Source of the DNA: Candidatus Eiseniibacteriota bacterium
GTDB taxonomy: Bacteria > Eisenbacteria > RBG-16-71-46
Length of the DNA stretch: 64,000 nucleotides
Direction: 5' to 3'
Assembly (NCBI GenBank): GCA_963744995.1
Contig: CAVUWA010000009.1
Coordinates: 352,001-416,000 of the forward strand
This document shows positions 42,037-49,680 of this stretch, piece by piece (within the stretch, counting starts at the first letter, position 1; every line of letters starts with the position of its first letter). The position numbers and the translations under genes are program-made. Under the pieces are notes generated by a model. The model was not told the origin of the DNA. It did not search any database and saw nothing but the letters and a program-made list of their open reading frames with translations.

Positions 42037-43161
42037 ATGGCCCACGCCTACACCCCCGGCCTGCGCGTCACCCCGTACGCGATCCTCACCCGCGAACGCC
42101 GGCTGCCGCTCAAAGGCGAGGTGCTGGTCCGTAACGGTGATGCCGTGGAAGCGGACACGGTGGTCGCGCGCTGCGAGCTGCCGGGCAACGTGCAGACGGT
42201 GAACCTCGCGTCGAAGCTGGCGCTGGACCCGGCGCGCGCCCCGCAGTCGCTGCGCATCCCGCTGGGCTCGACCTGCCGCAAGGGCGATGTGATCGCCGCG
42301 GCCTCTTCGATGTTCGGCCTGTTTCGCAACAAGGTCACCGCGCCGGCCGACGGCACCATCGAGAGCGTCTCCAGCGTGACCGGGCAGCTGATCCTGCGCG
42401 AACGGCCGATCCCGGTCGAGGTCGACGCCTTCGTGCACGGCGTGGTCGCGGACACGATCCCCGGTGAAGGCGTCATCGTCGAGACGCGCGGGGCCTTCCT
42501 GCAGGGGATCTTCGGCGTGGGCGGCGAGACGTTCGGCGAGATCGCGATCGCGGCCGAATCCGCCGACGACGTTCTCGAGGCCGCGGCGCTCGACGCGTCG
42601 CACCGCGGCAAGGTGGTCGTCGGCGGCGCATACGTGTCGCACGCGGTGCTCATGCGCGCGAAGGAACTGGGCGTGGCCGCGGTGGTGGTCGGCGGCTTCG
42701 ACGACCGCGATCTGCGCATGCTGCTCGGGCGCGATCTGGGCGTCGCCATCACCGGTTCCGAAGAGCTCGGGCTGACGCTCATCCTCACCGAAGGGTTCGG
42801 CCACATCCGCATGGCGGAGCGCACCTGGAAGCTGCTCGGCGAGAACGCCGGGCGCAAGGCTTCGGTCAGCGGCGCGACGCAGATCCGGGCCGGGGTGATG
42901 CGGCCCGAAATCCTCATCCCTCAGGAGAAGACCGCATTCCAGCCGGCGCGCGAGGCCGGAGAGCAGGGCCTCGACATCGGCACGCAGCTGCGGGTGATCC
43001 GCCAGCCGCACTTCGGCCGCATCGGCCGTGTGCTCGAGCTGCCGCCCGAGTTGCGTGCGCTGGAGAGCGAGGCCCGAGTACGGGTGCTGGTGGTCGAGTT
43101 CGACGACGACCACAGCCACGCCACGATCCCGCGTGCCAACGTCGAGATCATCGCGCGCTGA
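42037..43161 (+). CDS. Uncharacterised partner of the GlmL-like protein: biotinyl/lipoyl-like barrel-sandwich domains + alpha/beta domain + KOW-like C-terminus
   Basis: GEVLVRNGDAVEADTVVA; KGDVIA...APADGTIESV; LTEGFG; GTQLRVIRQPHFGRIGRV; starts immediately after the GlmL-like stop. Confidence 0.75.
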   Translation: MAHAYTPGLRVTPYAILTRERRLPLKGEVLVRNGDAVEADTVVARCELPGNVQTVNLASKLALDPARAPQSLRIPLGSTCRKGDVIAAASSMFGLFRNKVTAPADGTIESVSSVTGQLILRERPIPVEVDAFVHGVVADTIPGEGVIVETRGAFLQGIFGVGGETFGEIAIAAESADDVLEAAALDASHRGKVVVGGAYVSHAVLMRAKELGVAAVVVGGFDDRDLRMLLGRDLGVAITGSEELGLTLILTEGFGHIRMAERTWKLLGENAGRKASVSGATQIRAGVMRPEILIPQEKTAFQPAREAGEQGLDIGTQLRVIRQPHFGRIGRVLELPPELRALESEARVRVLVVEFDDDHSHATIPRANVEIIAR

Positions 43162-43197
43162 GGCGCGCGCCGCGGCGCGGGCGAGGATCCAAAGTCG

Positions 43198-43227
43198 TTG
43201 ACACCCATGCGCTTCGATGGTTAGCTT
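43198..43227 (+). promoter_or_regulatory. Putative internal sigma70 promoter
   Basis: TTGACA-18-TAGCTT ahead of the DUF6754-type gene. Confidence 0.55.
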
Positions 43228-43297
43228 CGTCGCGTCGTCACACGGACGTTGCGGCCCCTCGAAAGTCCAGCGGGGCCGAAACCCATGGGGGGTGTTC

Positions 43298-44515
43298 TTG
43301 AGCGGAAGAATCGGGCGCTCGACGGGTGCGATCTCGGCCTTGCTGCTTGCGATCCCGCTGCTCTTCACCGCTCAGGCCGCGTGCGCGCAGGATTCCGCGA
43401 CGGGCGCCGCAGCCGCCGATTCGAGTTCGCAGGAGATCGCCCCGCCGCACGGCCTGGTCTGGCACGATCAGAAGAACGACGCCGGGCGCTCGATCATCCT
43501 CGACTGGAAGCCTTCGGCCGACGACGTCAAAGACGGATCCGTGGTCCGCGGCTACCGCATCGAGCGCGCCGAATCTCCCGCCGGTCCGTGGTCCGTCGTG
43601 GATTCGGTGCAGGCCGGCGTCACCAGCCGCACCGATCAGACCGTGCACCGCAACATCGAATACTTCTACCGGGTGATCGCGCTCACCCGGAACGGCGACG
43701 TGCCCGCTCTCAGCGTGACCGGCCCGGCGATCGCGCGTTCCGAGTGGATCAACAGCGAGCGCTGGAGCGTGCTCGTCTTCACCGTGCTGTTCTTCGCCTT
43801 CGTGCTCTATTACATCGGCAGCGCGCAGGCGGGCAAGAAGCCGTTCGTCCGCCGCATTCCCGGCATCGACGCGATCGAGGAAGCCATCGGCCGCGCGACC
43901 GAAATGGGGCGCTCGGTGCTGTACGTGCCCGGGATCAACGACATCGACGAGATCCAGACGGTTGCGGGGCTGGTGATCCTCGAGAGCGTGGCGCGCATCA
44001 CCGCCCGGTACGAGACGCCGATCAAGGTGCCCGTCACCTATCCCATTCCGTTCACGATCGCCCAGGAGATGGTGAAGAGCGGGTACCTGAACGCCGGCAA
44101 GCCCGACCAGTACGATCCGGACAGCGTGCGCTTCGTGTCACCCGAGCAGTTCGCCTACGTCGCGGCGGTCACCGGCATGATGCTGCGCGACAAGCCCGCC
44201 GCGCACATCTTCATGGGCGCGTTCTACGCCGAATCGCTGCTGCTCGCGGAGACCGGTTTCGCCACCGGCGCCATCCAGGTCGCCGGCACCGCGAACGTGG
44301 CCCAGCTGCCGTTCTTCGTCGTCGCCTGCGACTACACGCTCATCGGTGAGGAGCTCTATGCGGCGAGCGCGTACCTGTCCGGCGAGCCGAAGCTGGTCGG
44401 CAGCCTCAAGGGCGCGGATCTGATGAAGATCCTGATCATCGTCGTCATCCTCGTGGGCTCCCTGCTCGAGCAATCGGGTGTCACCGCATTCTCGGTCTGG
44501 ATGAAGGGCCAGTAG
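43298..44515 (+). CDS. Signal peptide + fibronectin type III-like domain + TM + DUF6754-type domain (start approximate)
   Basis: IILDWKPS...GYRIER...EYFYRVIA (FN3-like); RRIPGIDAIEEAIGRATEMGRSVLYVPG; GAFYAESLLLAETG; LPFFVVACDYTLIGEELYAASAYLS; C-terminal TM. Confidence 0.75.
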   Translation: MSGRIGRSTGAISALLLAIPLLFTAQAACAQDSATGAAAADSSSQEIAPPHGLVWHDQKNDAGRSIILDWKPSADDVKDGSVVRGYRIERAESPAGPWSVVDSVQAGVTSRTDQTVHRNIEYFYRVIALTRNGDVPALSVTGPAIARSEWINSERWSVLVFTVLFFAFVLYYIGSAQAGKKPFVRRIPGIDAIEEAIGRATEMGRSVLYVPGINDIDEIQTVAGLVILESVARITARYETPIKVPVTYPIPFTIAQEMVKSGYLNAGKPDQYDPDSVRFVSPEQFAYVAAVTGMMLRDKPAAHIFMGAFYAESLLLAETGFATGAIQVAGTANVAQLPFFVVACDYTLIGEELYAASAYLSGEPKLVGSLKGADLMKILIIVVILVGSLLEQSGVTAFSVWMKGQ

Positions 44516-44525
44516 GAGGGACCCG

Positions 44526-45176
44526 ATGAAACGCGAGCTGCCCCTGTTCATGACGGCCGTCATCGGGCTCTTCATGATCGTGTCGTTCTTCGTGCCGCAT
44601 CAGTGGGTGAGCGTGCCCGCGGACTTCCTGCAGGCATCTGCGATCATCGTCGTCGCCTTCGGGTACGTGCTCGGCGGCGCCAACGTGCTGCGGGTCAACC
44701 TCGACGGCATCGCGAAGCGGCAGCGGGACTGGCCGTACAAGGTCGTTCTGCTGGTCGCGCTGATCTCGATGGTGGCGATCGGCGCGTTCGAGGGCCCGGG
44801 CTTCCTCAATCCGGGCATGAAATCGCGCTGGATGTACGATCAGCTCTATTCGCCGATGGCTGCCACGATGTTCGCGCTGCTGGCCTTCTTCATCGCCTCG
44901 GCGGCCTTTCGCGCGTTCCGCATCCGCACCACCGAGGCTGCGCTGCTCGCGGTTGCGGCGCTGCTGGTCATGCTCGGGCGCGTCCCGATCGGCAACCTGA
45001 TGTCGGACTGGCTGCCCGAGCCGATGCGCCTCGCCAGCATTCAGGACTGGATCATGAACTGGCCGCAGAACGCCTCGAAACGCGCGATCCTGATCGGCGC
45101 CGCGCTGGGCGTGATGGCCACCGGACTCCGGGTGATTCTGGGGATCGAACGCTCGTATCTGGGCGGGGAGGACTGA
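44526..45176 (+). CDS. Hypothetical polytopic membrane protein
   Basis: About 6 TM helices; ATMFALLAFFIASAAFRAFR, KRAILIGAALG...LRVILGIERSYLG; GGAGG RBS. Confidence 0.8.
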   Translation: MKRELPLFMTAVIGLFMIVSFFVPHQWVSVPADFLQASAIIVVAFGYVLGGANVLRVNLDGIAKRQRDWPYKVVLLVALISMVAIGAFEGPGFLNPGMKSRWMYDQLYSPMAATMFALLAFFIASAAFRAFRIRTTEAALLAVAALLVMLGRVPIGNLMSDWLPEPMRLASIQDWIMNWPQNASKRAILIGAALGVMATGLRVILGIERSYLGGED

Positions 45177-46009
45177 TGGCGGGCCTGTGGGCGTTCCTCG
45201 AGCGGCTCGACCGGCGCTGGATCTTTCTGGTGATGGGCATTCTGGTGCTGGTGCCGCTGATCTGGCCGATCTCGCTGCCCCTGAAGGTCACGCCGCCGGT
45301 GCAGGGGTACGTCGACGCCATCGACGCGCTGCCGGAGGGCTCCACGGTGCTGATGTCCTGCGACTACGACCCCGGCGCGATTCCCGAGCTGGTGCCGATG
45401 ACCAAGACCACCTTCCGGCAGCTGCTCAGCAAGAACTGCAAGGTCGTGGTGACCGTGCTGTGGAACGGCGGCCCGGGACTCGTGGACGGCGTGCTCCAGG
45501 AGGTCGCCGCCGAGTTCCCCGACAAGAAGTACGGCGTCGACTACGTCAACCTCGGTTACAAATCGGGCAACGAGGCCGTCATGGTGCTGATGGGGCAGGG
45601 GGTCGCCAACGCGTTCCCGCGCGACTACCGCGGCAAGGACGTGAAGGACTATCCGATCATGCGGCACGTGACGGACTACTCGTCGTTCCCTCTGCTGATC
45701 AGCCTTTCGGCCGGCTATCCCGGCACCAAGGAGTGGGTGCAGCAGGTGAACACGCGATTCAATCTGCCGATGATCGCCGGAGTCACGGCGGTGAGCGCCC
45801 CGGAGTTCTACCCCTATCTGCAGTCGCATCAGTTGCTCGGCATGCTCGGTGGCATGGCCGGCGCGGCCGAATACGAGAAGGCGCGCGGTGAGAAAGGGCT
45901 GGCCACGAAGGGCATGGACGCCCAGTCGCTCGGCCACCTGTTCGTGGCGCTGTGCATCATCCTCGGCAACCTCATCCAGTGGAACCGCAGGGGGAGGGTG
46001 ACCGCGTGA
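45176..46009 (+). CDS. Hypothetical membrane-anchored protein (N- and C-terminal TM, central alpha/beta domain)
   Basis: TGATG overlap; DRRWIFL TM, SCDYDPG..PEL, YGVDYVNLGYKSG, GMLGGMAGAAEYE, MDAQSLGH. Confidence 0.8.
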   Translation: MAGLWAFLERLDRRWIFLVMGILVLVPLIWPISLPLKVTPPVQGYVDAIDALPEGSTVLMSCDYDPGAIPELVPMTKTTFRQLLSKNCKVVVTVLWNGGPGLVDGVLQEVAAEFPDKKYGVDYVNLGYKSGNEAVMVLMGQGVANAFPRDYRGKDVKDYPIMRHVTDYSSFPLLISLSAGYPGTKEWVQQVNTRFNLPMIAGVTAVSAPEFYPYLQSHQLLGMLGGMAGAAEYEKARGEKGLATKGMDAQSLGHLFVALCIILGNLIQWNRRGRVTA

Positions 46010-46689
46010 ACGTGTCTCATGACTGGAGCGTGTGGATCGCGGCCCTGCTGACGCTCTTCATCCTCAGCTTCGTCTACAAGGACAACCCGTTCTACAAGTT
46101 CGCCGAGCACCTCTTCGTCGGCGTGTCGGCCGGCTACTGGATGATCCTCAACTTCTGGACGGTGATCTATCCGAACCTCTATGAGCCGCTGCGGCAGGCG
46201 CTCCACGGACACGGTGTCGACGCCTCGCGGGTGGGGATGTTCGCAGCGGAACAGGGGGACTATCGCGGTTTCCTGATTCTGCCCGGCGTCCTCGGCGTCC
46301 TGCTGTTCACGCGGCTGTTCGGGAAGATCGGCTGGATGTCGCGGCTGTCGCTGGCGATGATCATCGGGGTCTACGTGGGCATCAAGACCACCGGCTTCGC
46401 GCAGGGCGATTTCGTGGAGCAGGTGCGCGCCAGCATGCAGCCGCTGTGGACGGGGTCGATCGGCCACAGCGTGAACGCGATCCTCTTCACGATCGGCCTG
46501 ATCTGCTCGCTGTTGTTCTTCTTCTTCAGCCGCGAGCACAAAGGCGCGCTGGGGATCGCCTCGAAGATCGGCGTCTACTTCCTGATGGTCGGTTTCGGCG
46601 CGGGCTATGGCTACACGGTGATGTCGCGCATTTCGCTGCTGATCGGACGTTTCCAGTTCCTGCTCCATGACTGGCTCGGCATCACCTGA
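46006..46689 (+). CDS. Hypothetical polytopic membrane protein
   Basis: GTGA overlap; LTLFILSFVYKDNPFYKFAEHLFVGVSAGY, FLMVGFGAGYGYTVMSRISLLIGR; about 6 TM helices. Confidence 0.8.
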   Translation: MNVSHDWSVWIAALLTLFILSFVYKDNPFYKFAEHLFVGVSAGYWMILNFWTVIYPNLYEPLRQALHGHGVDASRVGMFAAEQGDYRGFLILPGVLGVLLFTRLFGKIGWMSRLSLAMIIGVYVGIKTTGFAQGDFVEQVRASMQPLWTGSIGHSVNAILFTIGLICSLLFFFFSREHKGALGIASKIGVYFLMVGFGAGYGYTVMSRISLLIGRFQFLLHDWLGIT

Positions 46690-46717
46690 TCCGCGTTCCG
46701 CCCCGGCCGTTCCGGCG

Positions 46718-46749
46718 CCCCCGGCCGCACGCCGGGGGTTTCGCGTTTC
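46718..46749 (+). terminator. Possible intrinsic terminator
   Basis: CCCCCGGC-cgcac-GCCGGGGG followed by TTTCGCGTTTC. Confidence 0.45.
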
Positions 46750-47532
46750 ATGGACGGGGTCCCGGTGATCCTGTGGGCCGACGGACGCCACGGCGCAGTC
46801 GAGAACATGCGCCGCGACGGGGCGCTGCTCGACCGCCTCAAATCCGGCGCGGACGCCGAGGCCGTGCTGCGGATCTACGGCTTCGCCCCGCCGGGCATCA
46901 CCCTGGGGCTCGCGCAGCGGGCCGAGCGCGAACTCGACCTCGAGGCGTGCCGTACGGACGGCGTCGAATGGGCGGTGCGGCCGACCGGAGGCCGCGCGAT
47001 CTACCACGACGAGGAGTGGACCTACGCGCTGGCGGCCCGCATCGAGGATCCCTCGTGGGGGGGCACGCTGCGTGAGGCCTACGCGCGCGGCTCGGCGCTG
47101 ATCGTGGCCGCGCTCAATGGGATCGGGATTCCGGCCGAGCTCGCCGCCCGTGAGCGCCGCGATCCCGCGGACGGCCCGCGGCGGCCGGGTGGGGGGGCGT
47201 CGGCGCCCTGCTTCGCGTCGACCGCCCGCCACGAGATCGTGCTCGCCGGACGCAAGCTGGTCGGCAGTGCCCAGCGGCGCACGGCGCGCGCGCTGCTCCA
47301 GCAGGGCAGCATTCTGCTCGGGCCGTCGCACCGGCGCCTGGCGCGCTACATGGCCGTCTCCAGCGCCCGCGATCGGGCCAGAGGGCAGCTCGAGGGCGGC
47401 GCGGCGGAAGCCGGGCCACCGTGGCGGGCCGGCGATCCCGCGCCGTTCGCGAACGCTCTCGCGAAGACGATCGGCGATTCAGTCCGGCGCCTGGACGGCG
47501 ACGCCGGGCTGCGCCTGTTGACCATCGCGTGA
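46750..47532 (+). CDS. Lipoate-protein ligase A / LipM-like octanoyltransferase (catalytic domain only)
   Basis: ENMRRD, LRIYG, RPTGGRAIYHD, GRKLVGSAQRR, LLQQGSIL; gcvH nearby. Confidence 0.85.
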   Translation: MDGVPVILWADGRHGAVENMRRDGALLDRLKSGADAEAVLRIYGFAPPGITLGLAQRAERELDLEACRTDGVEWAVRPTGGRAIYHDEEWTYALAARIEDPSWGGTLREAYARGSALIVAALNGIGIPAELAARERRDPADGPRRPGGGASAPCFASTARHEIVLAGRKLVGSAQRRTARALLQQGSILLGPSHRRLARYMAVSSARDRARGQLEGGAAEAGPPWRAGDPAPFANALAKTIGDSVRRLDGDAGLRLLTIA

Positions 47533-47547
47533 GCGGCTCCCTATGCT
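47518..47547 (+). promoter_or_regulatory. Putative sigma70 promoter
   Basis: TTGACC-18-TATGCT upstream of the first peptide-binding protein. Confidence 0.55.
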
Positions 47548-47608
47548 CGGCCGGCATGAACCCATCGGGACCCTTTGCGCTGTATTCGCCCTACGAGGAG
47601 ACAACGTC

Positions 47609-49474
47609 ATGATGCGTCGATTCAGCCGCGCCGGCCGATTCACCGGTCTGGCGCTCACCGTGCTCGCCCTGAGCATCGCCGGCTGTTCGGGCCGGAGCGG
47701 GCAGGCCGCGCAGTCCCACGTGGACGACAAGCCCGTGCCCGAGGACGAGCTGATCCCGCGCATGAAGGAGACCGGCGCCTACGGCGGCCGTTTCGTGATC
47801 GGCACCACGTCCGCCCCCAAGACGTTCAACGCGATCATGGCGAACGAGACGTCATCGTCGGACGTGAACAATCTGATGTTCATCACGCTCGCGGACTACG
47901 ACAACGGGACCCAGCAGGACATTCCGAGCCTCGCCAAGACCTGGGACATCAGCGACGACGGCCTCACCTACACATGGCACCTGCGGCACGGCGCGCGTTT
48001 CTCGGACGGTGTGCCGATCACCAGCGCCGACGTGCTGTTCTCGTTCGACGTGGCGTACGACGAAACGCTGCACCCTTCGATCCAGGACCTGCTGATCATC
48101 GGCGGCAAGAAGATGGAAGTGTCGGCGCCCGACTCCTACACGGTCGTCACGAAGATCGTGAGCCCCTACGCGCTCATGGTGCCGGCGGTCGGCTCGCTGC
48201 GCATCATGCCGAAGCACACGCTCGAGGCCGCGTTCAAGTCGGGCAATTTCGCGTCGGCCTACGCCGTGAGCGATCCTCCCGACTCGATCGTGGTGAGCGG
48301 CCCGTTCAGGGTGAAGTCGTATTCGCCCGGCGAGAAGGTCGTGCTCACCGGCAACCCCTACTGGTACGGCTTCGACGCGAAGGGCCAGCGGCTGCCGTAC
48401 CTGGACGAGCTGGTCTTCCTCGTCGTTCCGGACCAGAACACGGCGTCGCTCAAGTTCCAGGCCGGCGAGCTGGACGGCCTCGACAACGTGAAGCCCGAGG
48501 ACTACGCCGCGTACGAGGAGGGGCAGAAGGCCGGGAACTACACGCTCTACGACCTCGGCCCGTCCCTGAGCACCAACTTCTTCTGGTTCAACCTCAACCG
48601 GGTGCGCGAGCCGAAGGCCGGCAAGAAGATCGGTGATCCGCAGATCGATCCGGTCAAGTACGCGTGGTTCGTCCAGCCGGACTTCCGCCGCGCGGTGTCC
48701 ATGGCGATCGACCGCGACGCGATCATCCGCGGCCCGTTCTACGGGGATGCGGTCAAGAACTGGTCCGTGCTCACCGTCAGCAGCAAACTCTGGCACACCC
48801 AGGACCTCGGCAAATGGGACTACGACGTCGAGGCCGCGAAGAAGCTGCTGGATGGCCTGCAGATGATCGACCGCGACGGGGACGGGACCCGCGAGGACGC
48901 CAGCGGACACCCGATCGAGTTCTCGATCAAAACCAACGGTGACAACGTGACCCGCGTCGCGATGTGCAACTTCATCCGCGAGGACCTCGCCAAAGTCGGC
49001 ATCCGCCTCACGCTGACGCCCGTGGACTTCAACACGCTGATCAGCAATCTGCGGCAGGACTTCCAGTACGAGGCCTGTCTGCTCGGCCTCGGCAGTGCGG
49101 TGCCGTCCGATCCGGGCATGGGGCAGAACGTGTGGCGCTCGAGCGGCCTCACGCATTACTGGGACATCAAGCAGCCGCGGCCCGAGACACCGGCCGAGGC
49201 ACAGATCGACAAGCTGGTGGACGAGAACATCGCCACCACCGACATGGACGTGCGCAAGCGCACCTGGCACGAGATCGACCACATCCTCGAGGACCAGTGC
49301 TGGATCGAGTGGCTGCCGGTCGCGATCATCAAGCTGCCGATCAGCAACCGGTTCGGCAATCTCGAGCCGACCATCATTCCGCACCGCATCCTGTGGAACA
49401 TCGACCGGGTGTTCCTGAAGAGCGCGGCGCAGCGTGCGGCGAAGGAGAATCCCGCGGAGCAGCACGGCGCCTGA
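47609..49474 (+). CDS. Peptide/nickel ABC transporter substrate-binding lipoprotein 1 (family 5)
   Basis: Lipobox IAG-C; PKTFN, LAKTWDISDDGLTYTWHLRHGARFSDGVPITSADVLFSF, LPYLDE. Confidence 0.92.
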   Translation: MMRRFSRAGRFTGLALTVLALSIAGCSGRSGQAAQSHVDDKPVPEDELIPRMKETGAYGGRFVIGTTSAPKTFNAIMANETSSSDVNNLMFITLADYDNGTQQDIPSLAKTWDISDDGLTYTWHLRHGARFSDGVPITSADVLFSFDVAYDETLHPSIQDLLIIGGKKMEVSAPDSYTVVTKIVSPYALMVPAVGSLRIMPKHTLEAAFKSGNFASAYAVSDPPDSIVVSGPFRVKSYSPGEKVVLTGNPYWYGFDAKGQRLPYLDELVFLVVPDQNTASLKFQAGELDGLDNVKPEDYAAYEEGQKAGNYTLYDLGPSLSTNFFWFNLNRVREPKAGKKIGDPQIDPVKYAWFVQPDFRRAVSMAIDRDAIIRGPFYGDAVKNWSVLTVSSKLWHTQDLGKWDYDVEAAKKLLDGLQMIDRDGDGTREDASGHPIEFSIKTNGDNVTRVAMCNFIREDLAKVGIRLTLTPVDFNTLISNLRQDFQYEACLLGLGSAVPSDPGMGQNVWRSSGLTHYWDIKQPRPETPAEAQIDKLVDENIATTDMDVRKRTWHEIDHILEDQCWIEWLPVAIIKLPISNRFGNLEPTIIPHRILWNIDRVFLKSAAQRAAKENPAEQHGA

Positions 49475-49500
49475 AACCGAGCGATCGGCGCGGATGATCG

Positions 49501-49533
49501 AGGGCGGCCCGGTGGGGCCGCCCTTGACCTTTC
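49501..49533 (+). terminator. Hairpin, possible terminator between the two binding-protein genes
   Basis: AGGGCGGCCC-ggtg-GGGCCGCCCT then TGACCTTTC (weak U-tract). Confidence 0.4.
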
Positions 49534-49601
49534 AATGACACCCACCGCGCCACAGTGAATGAATGACGCGCCCAGGCGGGTCGAGCGTGAGCCGCTTTGT
49601 G

Positions 49602-49631
49602 TTGACCCATCCGAAGCGGGCTCCCTATACT
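49602..49631 (+). promoter_or_regulatory. Putative sigma70 promoter
   Basis: TTGACC-18-TATACT upstream of the second binding protein. Confidence 0.6.
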
Positions 49632-49680
49632 CCGGCGGGCCTGTGTAACCGCTGTTCGCACAACACCTGAGGGAGGGTGA

